DNA of 63,577 nucleotides, the filler included, from Candidatus Rokuibacteriota bacterium (GTDB taxonomy: Bacteria > JAUVQV01 > DATDCY01), in the NCBI GenBank assembly GCA_031406795.1. It is 7 parts of 7 records of this genome, joined end to end, with 100 filler letters (N's around TTAATTAATTAA, not from the genome) between each part and the next. Parts side by side here need not be neighbours in the genome. Positions count along the whole stretch, not along the records: positions 18,068 to 36,356 come from JANOHV010000198.1; 6 more parts are not named here. One strand, given 5' to 3'. This document shows positions 18,617 through 28,595 of the stretch, one piece after another. Each line of letters begins with the position of its first letter. Positions within the stretch are counted from its first letter, which is position 1. Below the pieces are notes generated by a model. That model was given only the letters and a program-made list of their open reading frames with translations. It made no database searches and had not been told where the DNA came from. The translations under genes were made by a program, and so were the position numbers.

Positions 18617-21004
18617 ATGAACAGGGAAAGGATGACGAGGGGCCGCTTGCGGGCCGCGAACAGGACGCGTCGGTACGCGACGGGTGTGGCGCTCCTGGCG
18701 ATGCTCGCAGCGCTACCGGCCGCCGGGGCCTCGCCTCCGAGGCGCTCCGCGGAGAGCACCTGGGTCCGCATCTCCTACCGCGACCTGATCGATCCGGATG
18801 TGATCACCCACTCCGGTTCGAAACTGGTCGACGCCCGGCTCCGCAAAGCATCCCGGGGAGAGGTCCAGCCCTATCTCGACCCTTACTCCTCGCTGCTGGG
18901 CTACGCGGTGCAGATGATCGCCGGTTCGGACCCGATCCCGCAGACCTCCCTCGTCGCGCGCTATCCGGCGGGGTCGGCCCAACCCGCGTGGGCGGCAATC
19001 CTCCGCGAAGGGAAGTACTTCGTCTCGGCCGACGGGCAGGGGCGCGCGCGGGTCTTCGTTCCCGGCGACAACCCGCGTCAGGCTTACCGGCGCGCTTTCT
19101 CGCTGCTGCGGCACCCGCTGACCGCCGCGATCAAGCCCGGGGCGCCGCTCGCGGTCGAGGTCTTCGCCTACCGCAACGACTTCGCCGCGGCCGAACTGCT
19201 GTTGAACCCCGTGCCCCACCGTTTCACCGCGGCATCCTTCCCCCCCCAGGGGCGGGCGCTGGACCTGGCCGACCTCGAAGCCTTCTTTCGCCAGGGCGGG
19301 CAGCTCGAAGGCGCAGAGCTCTCGCCCGATGCGGGACTGGTGCTCTTCGCCAGCCCGGAGCGGCGCCAGAAGCTCGGCGGCGAGTCGGTCTCTCTCGCGG
19401 ATCTCGCCGTCGCCTACCGCGCGGTCTTTCACGCGGGCGATGCCGAGGCGTTCGTCAGCCTGGATCGCAACGCCGACCCGACGCTGGCCACCGTGAACTT
19501 CGGCGGCCTGCTCGAGGACACCCGCATCGGCAAGGCGGTGCTGGCGTCGGACGTGCGCTTCAAGACGATCTGCAGCGGGCTCGACCCGGTCACCCACGAG
19601 GACATTCGGGAGAAGACGCGCGGCGCCGTCCCGGGCTTCATGAGCAACTCCGAGCGCCAGTTCATCACCAACTCCCCGGCCGACCTGGCGCAGTGGGTCA
19701 TTGCCCGCTACTGGTACTACCCGGATTCCTGCGGCGTGGAGTCCGACGAGGACGACGGCCTGGCGGCGATCACGAAGACGCAGCTCACCGCCGACGTCGA
19801 GCGCGTGGACTCCGGCGCCGGGACGACCCGCGGGAAGCGGCCCGCGCTACCCACCGCTTTTCGCGAGAACATCCGGGATCTGAACCAGAACTACGCTCGC
19901 TACGCGGAGATCTTCCCGGAATTTCACGATCTTTCCTCGGCGGCTCGACTGATGGCGCTCGCCGCCTGGTTCGGCCGGGTGCGCCCGGCCTGGCTCGACC
20001 TGGACGGCCTGCTCGCGGTGACGCTCCCGCCGGTGAGCACCCCCCGGGCCATCCCCCAGCTGCTGAGCGCGGATATCCTGCAACTCCCCGGGAACGAGCC
20101 GCCGGATCGGGGCTATGTGCTGCGAAACACCCGCGTTCAATACCTGACGCCCGAGTTCGACCGGAAGGTGTCCGAATTCTTCGGCGACGCCCGACACCTG
20201 GCGCTGTTCCTCGCGTTCAAGGCCGGCAAGGAGCCCGCCCGGTCCTCCGAATTCAAGTTGGAGGCCGAACGACTCCTCCCGACCGTGCAGGACAAGCGGG
20301 TGCGCGATCTGCTGCGGAGCACCGACGATCTGCACGCCTTTCTGAGGACCTTCGCTGCCAAGACCATCGGCGAGCTGTCAAGCGCGTCGTCCCGGGTGGC
20401 CGCAAGCGACCTCGCGCGGCTCGAAGCAGTCGTCGCCGAACTGGCCGCTCTGCCGCCAAACGCCGCGGATGGGAGATCCGACGACCCGCGACGCCTGGCC
20501 CTGGAGCAGGAACTTCAGGGCTTCATGCGCCTCTATCATGGGCAGGGTCGCGGCCTGGGGCTGGCCACGGTCGTCACGACGCAATACACCGGCGGTGTCA
20601 GCCTGTCGCCGCGGCTCTTCTCGGTGAAGAAATCCGCGGCGCGGCCGGCCCTCGAGAAACTCAAGGTGGCGAGCCGTTCCGCCCGATCGACGGGGGGATC
20701 CGGGGGATGGATTCGCAGCGGCGGAGCTGCGTCGTCGAACATCTCGCGTGCGCCCGCACGGCCTCTGTCGTCGAAAACGCCGCCGGTGCCGCTCCGACCG
20801 GCGGCGGCGCCGCACGCGGGAAGGCCCAGCTTCCAGCCGACGCCCCCCGGCGACGTTCCCGGGGAGGCGGCGCCGGCCCTGCCGTCCGCCACGCCGGCCA
20901 TGAGCAGTATCGCCGTCCCCGGGTCGGCCACGCCGGCCGGGTCCCCGCTGGTCGGGCGACTCGGGGGCGACCGCCGCATCGTGTTCACCCGCGTGCCGCG
21001 CTGA
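18617..21004 (+). CDS. Exported hypothetical protein, central region DUF1598-like, Pro/Ala-rich tail
   Basis: 795-aa ORF with signal peptide; LADLAVAYRA..VSLD..DTRIG..SDVRFK..GLDP pattern recalled from memory, unverified. Confidence 0.6.
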   Translation: MNRERMTRGRLRAANRTRRYATGVALLAMLAALPAAGASPPRRSAESTWVRISYRDLIDPDVITHSGSKLVDARLRKASRGEVQPYLDPYSSLLGYAVQMIAGSDPIPQTSLVARYPAGSAQPAWAAILREGKYFVSADGQGRARVFVPGDNPRQAYRRAFSLLRHPLTAAIKPGAPLAVEVFAYRNDFAAAELLLNPVPHRFTAASFPPQGRALDLADLEAFFRQGGQLEGAELSPDAGLVLFASPERRQKLGGESVSLADLAVAYRAVFHAGDAEAFVSLDRNADPTLATVNFGGLLEDTRIGKAVLASDVRFKTICSGLDPVTHEDIREKTRGAVPGFMSNSERQFITNSPADLAQWVIARYWYYPDSCGVESDEDDGLAAITKTQLTADVERVDSGAGTTRGKRPALPTAFRENIRDLNQNYARYAEIFPEFHDLSSAARLMALAAWFGRVRPAWLDLDGLLAVTLPPVSTPRAIPQLLSADILQLPGNEPPDRGYVLRNTRVQYLTPEFDRKVSEFFGDARHLALFLAFKAGKEPARSSEFKLEAERLLPTVQDKRVRDLLRSTDDLHAFLRTFAAKTIGELSSASSRVAASDLARLEAVVAELAALPPNAADGRSDDPRRLALEQELQGFMRLYHGQGRGLGLATVVTTQYTGGVSLSPRLFSVKKSAARPALEKLKVASRSARSTGGSGGWIRSGGAASSNISRAPARPLSSKTPPVPLRPAAAPHAGRPSFQPTPPGDVPGEAAPALPSATPAMSSIAVPGSATPAGSPLVGRLGGDRRIVFTRVPR

Positions 21005-21014
21005 CGGCGGCGGG

Positions 21015-21485
21015 CTATCGGACTCGGGCTCTCGTCTCGCGCTGGGCCTCGCGAAGCGCGTCGCGGTTCTTGATGGTCTCGCGCTTGTCGTGGATCTTCT
21101 TGCCGCGCCCGAGCCCGAGTTCGACCTTCGCCATGCCGTGCTTGAAGTAGATCTTCAGCGGAATCAGCGAGAGCCCCCGCTCCTTGATCTTGCCGGTGAG
21201 CTTGGCGATCTCGCGTTTGTGCAGCAGGATCTTGCGCTTGCGCCGGGGCTCGTGGTTGTTGAGGTTCCCGAAGGCGTAGGGCTGGATCTGGCAGTCCACG
21301 AGCCAGGCCTCCCCGCCGTTGATCACGGCGAAGCCTTCGGTGACGCTGGCCTGCCCGGCGCGCAGCGACTTGACCTCGGTGCCCTTGAGCACGAGCCCCC
21401 CTTCGAAGGTCTCGAGGATCTCGTACTCGAAGCGCGCTTTCCGGTTGACGCAGACCAGCTTCTCGCCCGCCCAGGCTTTGGCCAT
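21015..21485 (-). CDS. smpB: SsrA-binding protein
   Basis: NRKARFEY, GLVLKGTEVKSLR, RKILLHKREI, GKKIHDKRETIK. Confidence 0.97.
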   Translation of the reverse strand: MAKAWAGEKLVCVNRKARFEYEILETFEGGLVLKGTEVKSLRAGQASVTEGFAVINGGEAWLVDCQIQPYAFGNLNNHEPRRKRKILLHKREIAKLTGKIKERGLSLIPLKIYFKHGMAKVELGLGRGKKIHDKRETIKNRDALREAQRETRARVR

Positions 21486-21493
21486 CGACACCC

Positions 21494-22720
21494 CTACCCC
21501 GCCGCGAACAGCCGGGCCAGCAGCTCGTGGCCGCGCTCGACGTAGACTCCGGTCTTCGCGGCCTCGGCCTCGGTGAATCCCGCGGCCCCCGACGGGCGCC
21601 CCGGCGTCCCCGGCCAGATGACGAACGGCACGGCTTCGCCGACGTGCGAGCGCCGTACGATCGGCGTGTAGTGGTCGGGGGCGACGAGCACGCGGTGCGG
21701 CCCCAGCTTCGCCAGCCCGGCGAGCGCCGGCCCGAGGAACTCGGCGTCGATCCGCTCCAGCGCGCGGACCTTCTGCGCCGCATCGCCGGAGTGCCCCGCC
21801 TCGTCCGGGGCCTCGATGTGCACGAAAACGACATCGTGCCGCGCCAGCGCCGCCAGCGCGAACTCGGCCTTGCCGCGGTAGTTCGTCTCGACGTAGCCGG
21901 TCGCGCCGGGCACCGTCACGCGCTCGAGACCGAGCAGCACGCCGATGCCGTTGACCAGGTCGACCGCCGAGATCACCGCGCCCGAGAGCCCGTAGTGTTC
22001 GCGGAAAAGCTGCAGCGCCGGCCGGCGGCCCGCCCCCCAGAACCAGAAGTTGTCGGCGGCGGCCAGGCCGCGGCCGCGCCGGTCGCGGTTCATCGGGTGC
22101 AGCCGCAGCCAGGGATGCGCGAGAGCCATCAGGCCGAGCAGATTCGGCGCGGCCGCGCCGCGCGGCAGGTGCTCCTTGAGCGGTAGCCCGAGGATGTCGT
22201 GCGGCGGGACGAGTTTCACGTCGGTCGAGCCGCCCCGCCAGACCAGCAGGTGGCGATAGCCGACGCCGGGGAAGAGCTCGAATTCCGGCAGGTAGCGTTC
22301 GCGGTAGATGTCCGAGCCGCGGAAACCCTCGACGATCCGGCGCCCCTCCTCCGTCGTGATGTGGCCGGCGCTGTAGTCGAGCATCATCGCGTCGGGGTCT
22401 TCCGCCGCGGCGCCCCCCGTGGAGACGAGGTTGCAGCGCAGCGCCACGTCGGCGTCGCCGAGCGGCACGCCCATGCTCGCGGCTTCGAGCGGCGCGCGCC
22501 CGGTGTACGCGCGAGCCGGATCGTTGCCGAACAGGCTCATGCCGGCGACGTCACTGCCCGGCTCCATCCCTTCGGGCACCGTGAGCACCCGCCCGAACTC
22601 CCCCTCCCGGACCAGCCGGTCGAGATTCGGCATCGCGGCCGCCTCGAGCGTGGTCTTGCCGCCCAGGACCGGCACGGGCCAGTCGGCCGCCCCGTCGGGA
22701 ATCAGGATCAAATATTTCAT
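21494..22720 (-). CDS. apgM: Cofactor-independent phosphoglycerate mutase family (ApgM; proposed homoserine kinase class)
   Basis: DGAAD, PGSDVA, YTGRAPLEAA, HIEAPDEAGH, PDHYTP; adjacent to hom. Confidence 0.88.
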   Translation of the reverse strand: MKYLILIPDGAADWPVPVLGGKTTLEAAAMPNLDRLVREGEFGRVLTVPEGMEPGSDVAGMSLFGNDPARAYTGRAPLEAASMGVPLGDADVALRCNLVSTGGAAAEDPDAMMLDYSAGHITTEEGRRIVEGFRGSDIYRERYLPEFELFPGVGYRHLLVWRGGSTDVKLVPPHDILGLPLKEHLPRGAAAPNLLGLMALAHPWLRLHPMNRDRRGRGLAAADNFWFWGAGRRPALQLFREHYGLSGAVISAVDLVNGIGVLLGLERVTVPGATGYVETNYRGKAEFALAALARHDVVFVHIEAPDEAGHSGDAAQKVRALERIDAEFLGPALAGLAKLGPHRVLVAPDHYTPIVRRSHVGEAVPFVIWPGTPGRPSGAAGFTEAEAAKTGVYVERGHELLARLFAAG

Positions 22721-22735
22721 ATCATGCCCCTTGAA

Positions 22736-22973
22736 GGCGGGGATTAACCCCGCCCCTACACCTTGTCTCTTGTTCGGGCGGGGATTAACCCCGCCCCTAC
22801 ACCTTGTCTCTTGTTCGGGCGGGGATCAACCCCGCCCCTACACCCTGTCTTTTGTTCTGGCGGGGATCAACCCCGCCTCCACATCTTGTCTCTTGTTCGG
22901 GCGGGGATCAACCCCGCCCCTACGTCATTCCGGTCGCCCAGGCCCTCGTAGGGGAGGGGTTCACCCCCTCCCG
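22736..22973. repeat. GTAG-type REP array: 41-bp unit in about 4.6 tandem copies plus one inverted REP
   Basis: GGCGGGGATYAACCCCGCCCCTAC(A) at 22736, 22777, 22818, 22859, 22900 with near-identical linkers; GTAGGGGAGGGGTTCACCCCCTCCCG at 22948. Confidence 0.85.
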
Positions 22974-22980
22974 ACCGCCT

Positions 22981-24279
22981 TCATTCGCCTTTTTCCACGC
23001 GGATGCACAGCGGCGGGCCGCTCACCGTCGGCAGCTTCCCGACCTCCTCGAGCGCGGCGCGCACCGCCGCCCCCGTCGCCTCGTGGGTCATCAGGATAAT
23101 CGGCACCGCCCGCCCCTTCTCGCGTTCCTTCTGGATGACGCTCGCGATGCTGATCTCGTTTCGCGCGAGTATCCCCGCCACGGCGGCGAGCACGCCGGGC
23201 TTGTCGAGAGCCTGGATCCGGATGTAGCAGGGGGAGACGACCTCGTCCATCGGCAGGATCTCGCGCGTGGCGGCGAGCGCGACCGCGAGAGGCGGCGGGG
23301 CCCCCGCGCCGGCTTTGATGCGGCGGGCCATCTCCATGATGTCGCCGACGACCGCGCTCGCGGTGGGCAGGCTCCCCGCGCCCAGACCGTAGAAGAGCGT
23401 CGGCCCGACCGCGTCGCCGCGCACGTAGACCGCGTTGAAGGCGCCGCCGACGGTCGCCAGCAGGAAACGCACCGGCACGAGCGTCGGGTGCACGCGCACT
23501 TCGATCGGGCCGCCGGCGTCCTTGGCGATCGCGAGCAGCTTGATGACGTACCCAAGTTCACGCGCGTACGCGATGTCGGTCTTGGTGACCCGCCCGATCC
23601 CTTCGGTGTGCACCTGGTCGAGACGCACGCGCGTTCCGAAGGCGAGCGAGGCCAGGATGGCGAGCTTGTGCGCCGCATCGTGCCCCTCGACATCCAGCGT
23701 CGGGTCGGCCTCCGCGAAACCCAGCTCCTGCGCCTTCTTGAGCACCGAGGCGTACTCGAGGCCTTCGTCGGTCATCCGCGAGAGGATGTAGTTGGTCGTC
23801 CCGTTGATGATGCCGTGCATCGACTGGATCCGGTTCGCGGCCAGCCCCTCGCGCAGCCCGCGGATGATCGGGATGCCGCCGCCGACGCTCGCCTCGAAGC
23901 CGATCGCGCCGCCGCCGGCCGCCGCCGCGCCGAAGACCTCCTCCCAGGCGTGGGCCAGCAGCGCCTTGTTCGCCGTGACGACGCACTTGCCGCGCCGCAG
24001 CGCCTCGAGCATGAACTCCTTCGCCGGGGAAAGCCCGCCGATCAGCTCGACGACGATCGGGATCGACGGATCCTCGATGAGCGCGCGGGCGTCGCTGGTC
24101 AGCAGCGCCGGGTCGACGCTGACCCCGCGGTCGCTCGTCGTGTCCTTGTCCGCGATCCGCGCCAGCGCCAGCGGGAAGCCGAGGCGCTCGCGGATGATCC
24201 CGGCATTCTGCTGCAGAACGCGCACGACGCCCTTGCCGACCGTGCCGAAACCGATGAGACCGACCTTCACTGCATCCAT
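22981..24279 (-). CDS. hom: Homoserine dehydrogenase with ACT domain
   Basis: GLIGFGTVG, VTANKAL, FEASVGGGIP, GIINGTTNYIL, AEADP; GAGGAG SD. Confidence 0.96.
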   Translation of the reverse strand: MDAVKVGLIGFGTVGKGVVRVLQQNAGIIRERLGFPLALARIADKDTTSDRGVSVDPALLTSDARALIEDPSIPIVVELIGGLSPAKEFMLEALRRGKCVVTANKALLAHAWEEVFGAAAAGGGAIGFEASVGGGIPIIRGLREGLAANRIQSMHGIINGTTNYILSRMTDEGLEYASVLKKAQELGFAEADPTLDVEGHDAAHKLAILASLAFGTRVRLDQVHTEGIGRVTKTDIAYARELGYVIKLLAIAKDAGGPIEVRVHPTLVPVRFLLATVGGAFNAVYVRGDAVGPTLFYGLGAGSLPTASAVVGDIMEMARRIKAGAGAPPPLAVALAATREILPMDEVVSPCYIRIQALDKPGVLAAVAGILARNEISIASVIQKEREKGRAVPIILMTHEATGAAVRAALEEVGKLPTVSGPPLCIRVEKGE

Positions 24280-24325
24280 GCGCCGCTCCTCAGAAAGAAT
24301 TCGAAGAATTATATCGCCGCCGGCT

Positions 24326-24805
24326 TCAGGAGGGCGAGGGGGGCCCTTCCCCTTCGGGTTTCGCCCCCTGCGCGTCGTGTGCGTCGAACACCCGCTCCCG
24401 AAACAGGACGTAGCGGACGAGCTCCGCCATGTCGAAGACAACGTGCGGCTCGGCCGGCTCCGCTCCCGGGGGGAGCTTCTTCGCCTTGAGCGCCCGCTCG
24501 AACATCTCCGCCACCTGCCGGTCGCGCCCGTCCGCGGTGAAACGGCTCACGAACTCCGCCTCGTCGAGCCAGCCGAAGGGAAAGAACTGAGTCACGAACT
24601 GCCGCTTGCGGTCGTGGTAGAGCAGCGGCACCGGCACCAGTGCGTCGAAGTCGCAGGCCGGGCAGTCGAAGCGGTTGATCCGGGCCTCGAAGAGCGCGGC
24701 GCGCGCCTCGGGGTCGGGGTCCGCGTCGATCGTCTCCCAGATGGTCACCGTCTGTTCCTTCCCGCACTTCGGGCAGGGGATCTTCTCTTCTCGCTGGCTG
24801 GACAT
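24326..24805 (-). CDS. CpXC domain protein
   Basis: CPKCG..CPAC..LLYHD. Confidence 0.75.
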   Translation of the reverse strand: MSSQREEKIPCPKCGKEQTVTIWETIDADPDPEARAALFEARINRFDCPACDFDALVPVPLLYHDRKRQFVTQFFPFGWLDEAEFVSRFTADGRDRQVAEMFERALKAKKLPPGAEPAEPHVVFDMAELVRYVLFRERVFDAHDAQGAKPEGEGPPSPS

Positions 24806-24833
24806 CGTTAATCCCTCCTGCCCCGGCGGCGGC

Positions 24834-25328
24834 CTACATCCCGACGTCTGCGGTGGGCCCGTAGCTCGGGGGCAGCGGCACGTCGCGCAACCGCAGGTAG
24901 ACCCCGAGTTGGGCGCGGTGGTGAATCAGATGGCTGATGGCGAAGGAGCGCACGATCGCGGCGCGCGGCAGCGTGAAGAAGACCTTGGCGCCGTTCTTCA
25001 GCGACCAGGGCACGGCGAAGTCGGCGTCCGTGGCCCGCGCGAGCGCCGCGCGGCTGTTCGCGACGTTCCGGTCGAACGTCGCCAGCAGCTCCTCGACGGT
25101 GGTGAACGGCGCCGGGGTCGGCTCGACCGCGAGGTCGAACTCGGTGGTTGCCAGCGCCACGCCGATCCACGAGGCCATGTTCGCCACGTGCACCGCGAGG
25201 TCACCGAGCGCGGCGGACTTCGGGTGCGGCTTCCAGGCGGCGTCCTTCGCGGGGACGCGCTCGAGAATCCTGCGGGTCGTCGCGGCCTCCTGGTCGAACT
25301 CGGGCAGCAGCATCTCGTTCATGGCCAT
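24834..25328 (-). CDS. DinB family protein
   Basis: WKPHPKS, H.A, HLIHHRAQLGVYLR..YGP; GGAGGTGA SD. Confidence 0.88.
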   Translation of the reverse strand: MAMNEMLLPEFDQEAATTRRILERVPAKDAAWKPHPKSAALGDLAVHVANMASWIGVALATTEFDLAVEPTPAPFTTVEELLATFDRNVANSRAALARATDADFAVPWSLKNGAKVFFTLPRAAIVRSFAISHLIHHRAQLGVYLRLRDVPLPPSYGPTADVGM

Positions 25329-25396
25329 GATCTCACCTCCGTGGTCCGAATTGTCGCTCACGCGTTCCGGGGGCGATTGTACCACCGGCGGGCGGT

Positions 25397-25918
25397 CTAC
25401 CTCGCGCGACGGATCTGCTGGATCAATTCGTCGAGCTTCTGCAGGAACAGCGAGCTGTCGCGCTTGCCGTGCGGCGCCGGCCCGCCGCTGACGGCGCCGA
25501 CCTCGCGCAGTTGCGACATCAGATTACGCGTCGCCAGCGCGTCGCCGACGGAGTCCTCCGTGAAGACCCGGCCGCGCGGATCCAGCACGCGGGCGCCGGC
25601 GGCGACGCAGCGGGAGGCCAGCGGGATGTCCGCGGTAACCACGATGTCCCGCGCGCCGGCCCGCGCCGCGATCCAGTCGTCCGCCGAGTCGAGCTGCCCC
25701 CCGGCGACGAGCACCAGCTTCACCGCACCGCCCTCGGGCACCCGCATCCGCGAGTTTGCGACAAGGACGACCGGCAGCGCGTAGCGGGAGGCGACTTTGT
25801 AGACGGCCTCCTTGACCGGGCAGGCGTCGGCGTCGACATAGACGACACTTACGGTCGGGCTGCACTCGCTGCTGCGAAATTCGTCCAGGGCGGTCCCCTC
25901 TCCCGTGTGGCGGCGCAC
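25397..25918 (-). CDS. YaiI/YqxD family protein (start uncertain)
   Basis: YVDADACPVK, DSADDWI, VVTADIPLA. Confidence 0.88.
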   Translation of the reverse strand: MRRHTGEGTALDEFRSSECSPTVSVVYVDADACPVKEAVYKVASRYALPVVLVANSRMRVPEGGAVKLVLVAGGQLDSADDWIAARAGARDIVVTADIPLASRCVAAGARVLDPRGRVFTEDSVGDALATRNLMSQLREVGAVSGGPAPHGKRDSSLFLQKLDELIQQIRRAR

Positions 25919-26004
25919 CGTACCCGGGGCGCGATCGCACCGCCTCAGTTGCCCGGATTATACCCGATCGGCGTGCTATGCTAGATTCGGGCTGGAGGTG
26001 AACG

Positions 26005-28548
26005 ATGGGTCCGAATCGAAAATATTACCTCCCCGGGATCGTCGTCGTGCTGGTGTCCGTGCTGGCCCTCGTCTTCTTTCTCGTCAACTCCTACCGGCAG
26101 ACGGTGCGCCTCGTGAAAGAGCGCTTCTTCGTGCAGCAGGCCCTTTTCACGCGGCAGACCGCGCTCGGCATCGAGAAGAATTTCACGCTGCTGGAGCGCG
26201 AAAGCGAGCTGCTTGCCGCCGACCCGGCGCTCCGTGATCCGGACCCCGAAAGAGCCCGCGCGGCGCTGCAGCGGACCTTCGACTACGTCAAACGTTTCTC
26301 GGTGAACGACATCTCCCTGTCGGATCCCGCCGGAAGGATCCGTTTGGCCCTCAACTCCCCCGAGCTGATCGGGCGCGACTTTTCCTTCCGCCAGTACTAC
26401 CGGCGGCTGCGCGAGGCCGCCGGCTCGGCGCCGGTGTACGAGCACATCACCTTCCAGGGAATCCGCAAGGGGAGCAAGGGGATCATCATCGCGCGGGCCG
26501 TGCGCGGCGAAAAGGGGGAATTCCGCGGTTCCCTCGTGTTCGTCGTCACGGTCGGCGAACTGATCGGCCAGCTCCCGGCCGGCACCAGCGGCTGGGTGAT
26601 CGACAACGACGGGATCATCCTGTATCACCCGACCCGCGCTGCCGGAACCCGGATCGACGAGAGCGACTCCGGGGACCCGGCCTTTGCGCAATTCGTCGCG
26701 GCGCTGCGCCGCGGCACGGCGGAGCGCGGGGAGTATTTCTCCGGCCCGGGGGAACGTTCCCGGACGATGGCCACCGCGGTGACCATCCAGGTGGCCGACG
26801 AGCCGCTCTCGGTGGTCATCGAGACTCCGGAGCATCTGGTCCGCGGGTACCTGCGCGAGTTCCACCTGGGCACGATCCTCGGCGTCGCCCTCTCCGCGAT
26901 CGCCGTCTTCGGCAGCCTCTTTCTCGGGCTGGTCCTGCTGCTGCGGACGAACCGCGACCTGGCTCGGGAGGCGACCACCCGGCTGCAGGCCGAGGATCGC
27001 CACCGCGAGAGCGAGGAGCACTTCCGGCTCCTGATCGAATACTCGCCCGTCGCGATGGCGATCGTCGACAGCGACGATCGCTTCGTCTTCGCCAACCGCC
27101 GCTTCACCGAGACGCTCGGTTACGAACTCGCCGTCGTGCCCGACGTCGAACACTGGATGGCCGCGGCCTATCCGGACCCGAAGTACCGCCGGGAGATGCA
27201 GGCCCGCTGGCTGCAGTTCCGTGAGCGGACGGCGTCCCGGTCCGGGCCGCTGCGCCCCACGGAGTACCTGGTCACCGACCGCGAGGGCACCACCCACACC
27301 ATGGACATCCACGGCGCGCACATCGGACAGCGGTACCTGATCGTGTTCAACGACATCACCGAGCGCCTGCGGCTGGAGCACCAGCTCCGGCACTCGCAGA
27401 AGATGGACTGCTTCGGCCGGCTCGCCGCCGGCGTCGCCCACGATTTCAATAATATCCTGTCCGTAATCATGGGGTACGCGGAACTGCTCCAGAGCAGCCT
27501 GGAGCAGGACGATCCAAGGCGGGCCTCGCTGAACGTCATTCTCGGTTCGGTGAACAGCGCCGCGAAGCTGACGAGCAGTCTGCTCGCCTTCAGCCGCAAA
27601 CAGGTTCTCAACCCCCAGCCGCTCGACCTGGGCGAACTGACGACCGGCGTGCATCGGCTGATCTCGAGACTCATCGGCGCGGACATCGCGATCGAGACCA
27701 CGATCGGGCCCGTGGCCGGCACCGTGCTCGCCGACTACGGACAGCTGGAGCAGGTCCTCGTGAACCTCGCGACCAACGCCCGCGACGCCATGCCGCGGGG
27801 GGGGACGATCGGAATCGCGACGGGAACGGCGACCCTCGATGCGGACACCGCCGCCCGGATCGGCGCCGCGCGCCCCGGGGCCTGTGCGACGCTGACCTTC
27901 TCCGACACGGGCGCCGGCATGGACGAGCGGACGCTCGAGCAGATCTTCGAGCCCTTCTTCACGACGAAGGAACTCGGCCGGGGCACCGGGCTCGGGCTCG
28001 CGATCGTCTACGGCATCGTCAAGCAGCACGGCGGCGGCATCGACGTCGCGAGCCGGCCGGGCGCGGGGACGACCTTCACGATCTACCTGCCGCTGCACGC
28101 GAGCGGTCCGGGAGAAGCGCCCGGGGTGGAGGTCGACGCGACCGGACCCGAAGTGCTCGGGCATGGGGAGACCATTCTGCTCGCCGAAGACGACGCGATG
28201 GTGCGCAACTCGGTCGTGCAGACGCTGACGTCGTCCGGCTACCGGGTTCAGGTCGCCGCGGACGGCGCGGAGGTGGCGCGCATCTATCGGGCGCTCGGCG
28301 GCAACGTCGACCTGCTGCTCCTCGACGTCATCATGCCGAAGAAGTCCGGCAAGGACGCGTACGACGAGATCCGCTCGCGCTGGGGCGAAGTCAAGGTGCT
28401 CTTCCTCAGCGGCTACGCCCCCGACCTGGTCTACCACGGAGGCATGCTCGACTCATCCCTGCCGTTCCTGCAGAAGCCCGTTTCGCGAAGGGCGCTGCTG
28501 GAGAAGGTGCGGCAGACGCTCGACGCGGACACGCAGAATACGGCCTGA
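26005..28548 (+). CDS. Hybrid sensor kinase (Cache-PAS-HisKA-HATPase-REC)
   Basis: 2 TM, AHDFNNIL, NARDAM, GTGLGL, C-terminal LLDVIMP receiver. Confidence 0.93.
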   Translation: MGPNRKYYLPGIVVVLVSVLALVFFLVNSYRQTVRLVKERFFVQQALFTRQTALGIEKNFTLLERESELLAADPALRDPDPERARAALQRTFDYVKRFSVNDISLSDPAGRIRLALNSPELIGRDFSFRQYYRRLREAAGSAPVYEHITFQGIRKGSKGIIIARAVRGEKGEFRGSLVFVVTVGELIGQLPAGTSGWVIDNDGIILYHPTRAAGTRIDESDSGDPAFAQFVAALRRGTAERGEYFSGPGERSRTMATAVTIQVADEPLSVVIETPEHLVRGYLREFHLGTILGVALSAIAVFGSLFLGLVLLLRTNRDLAREATTRLQAEDRHRESEEHFRLLIEYSPVAMAIVDSDDRFVFANRRFTETLGYELAVVPDVEHWMAAAYPDPKYRREMQARWLQFRERTASRSGPLRPTEYLVTDREGTTHTMDIHGAHIGQRYLIVFNDITERLRLEHQLRHSQKMDCFGRLAAGVAHDFNNILSVIMGYAELLQSSLEQDDPRRASLNVILGSVNSAAKLTSSLLAFSRKQVLNPQPLDLGELTTGVHRLISRLIGADIAIETTIGPVAGTVLADYGQLEQVLVNLATNARDAMPRGGTIGIATGTATLDADTAARIGAARPGACATLTFSDTGAGMDERTLEQIFEPFFTTKELGRGTGLGLAIVYGIVKQHGGGIDVASRPGAGTTFTIYLPLHASGPGEAPGVEVDATGPEVLGHGETILLAEDDAMVRNSVVQTLTSSGYRVQVAADGAEVARIYRALGGNVDLLLLDVIMPKKSGKDAYDEIRSRWGEVKVLFLSGYAPDLVYHGGMLDSSLPFLQKPVSRRALLEKVRQTLDADTQNTA

Positions 28549-28595
28549 GCGGGTCCGCGGCAGCGCCCGTGCGCCGCAAGCCACGCCGGGGCCGT

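Noticed and set aside
22736-22923. CRISPR array
   Set aside because: The 16-nt linkers are near-identical rather than unique spacers, no cas genes, and the unit is a GTAG REP
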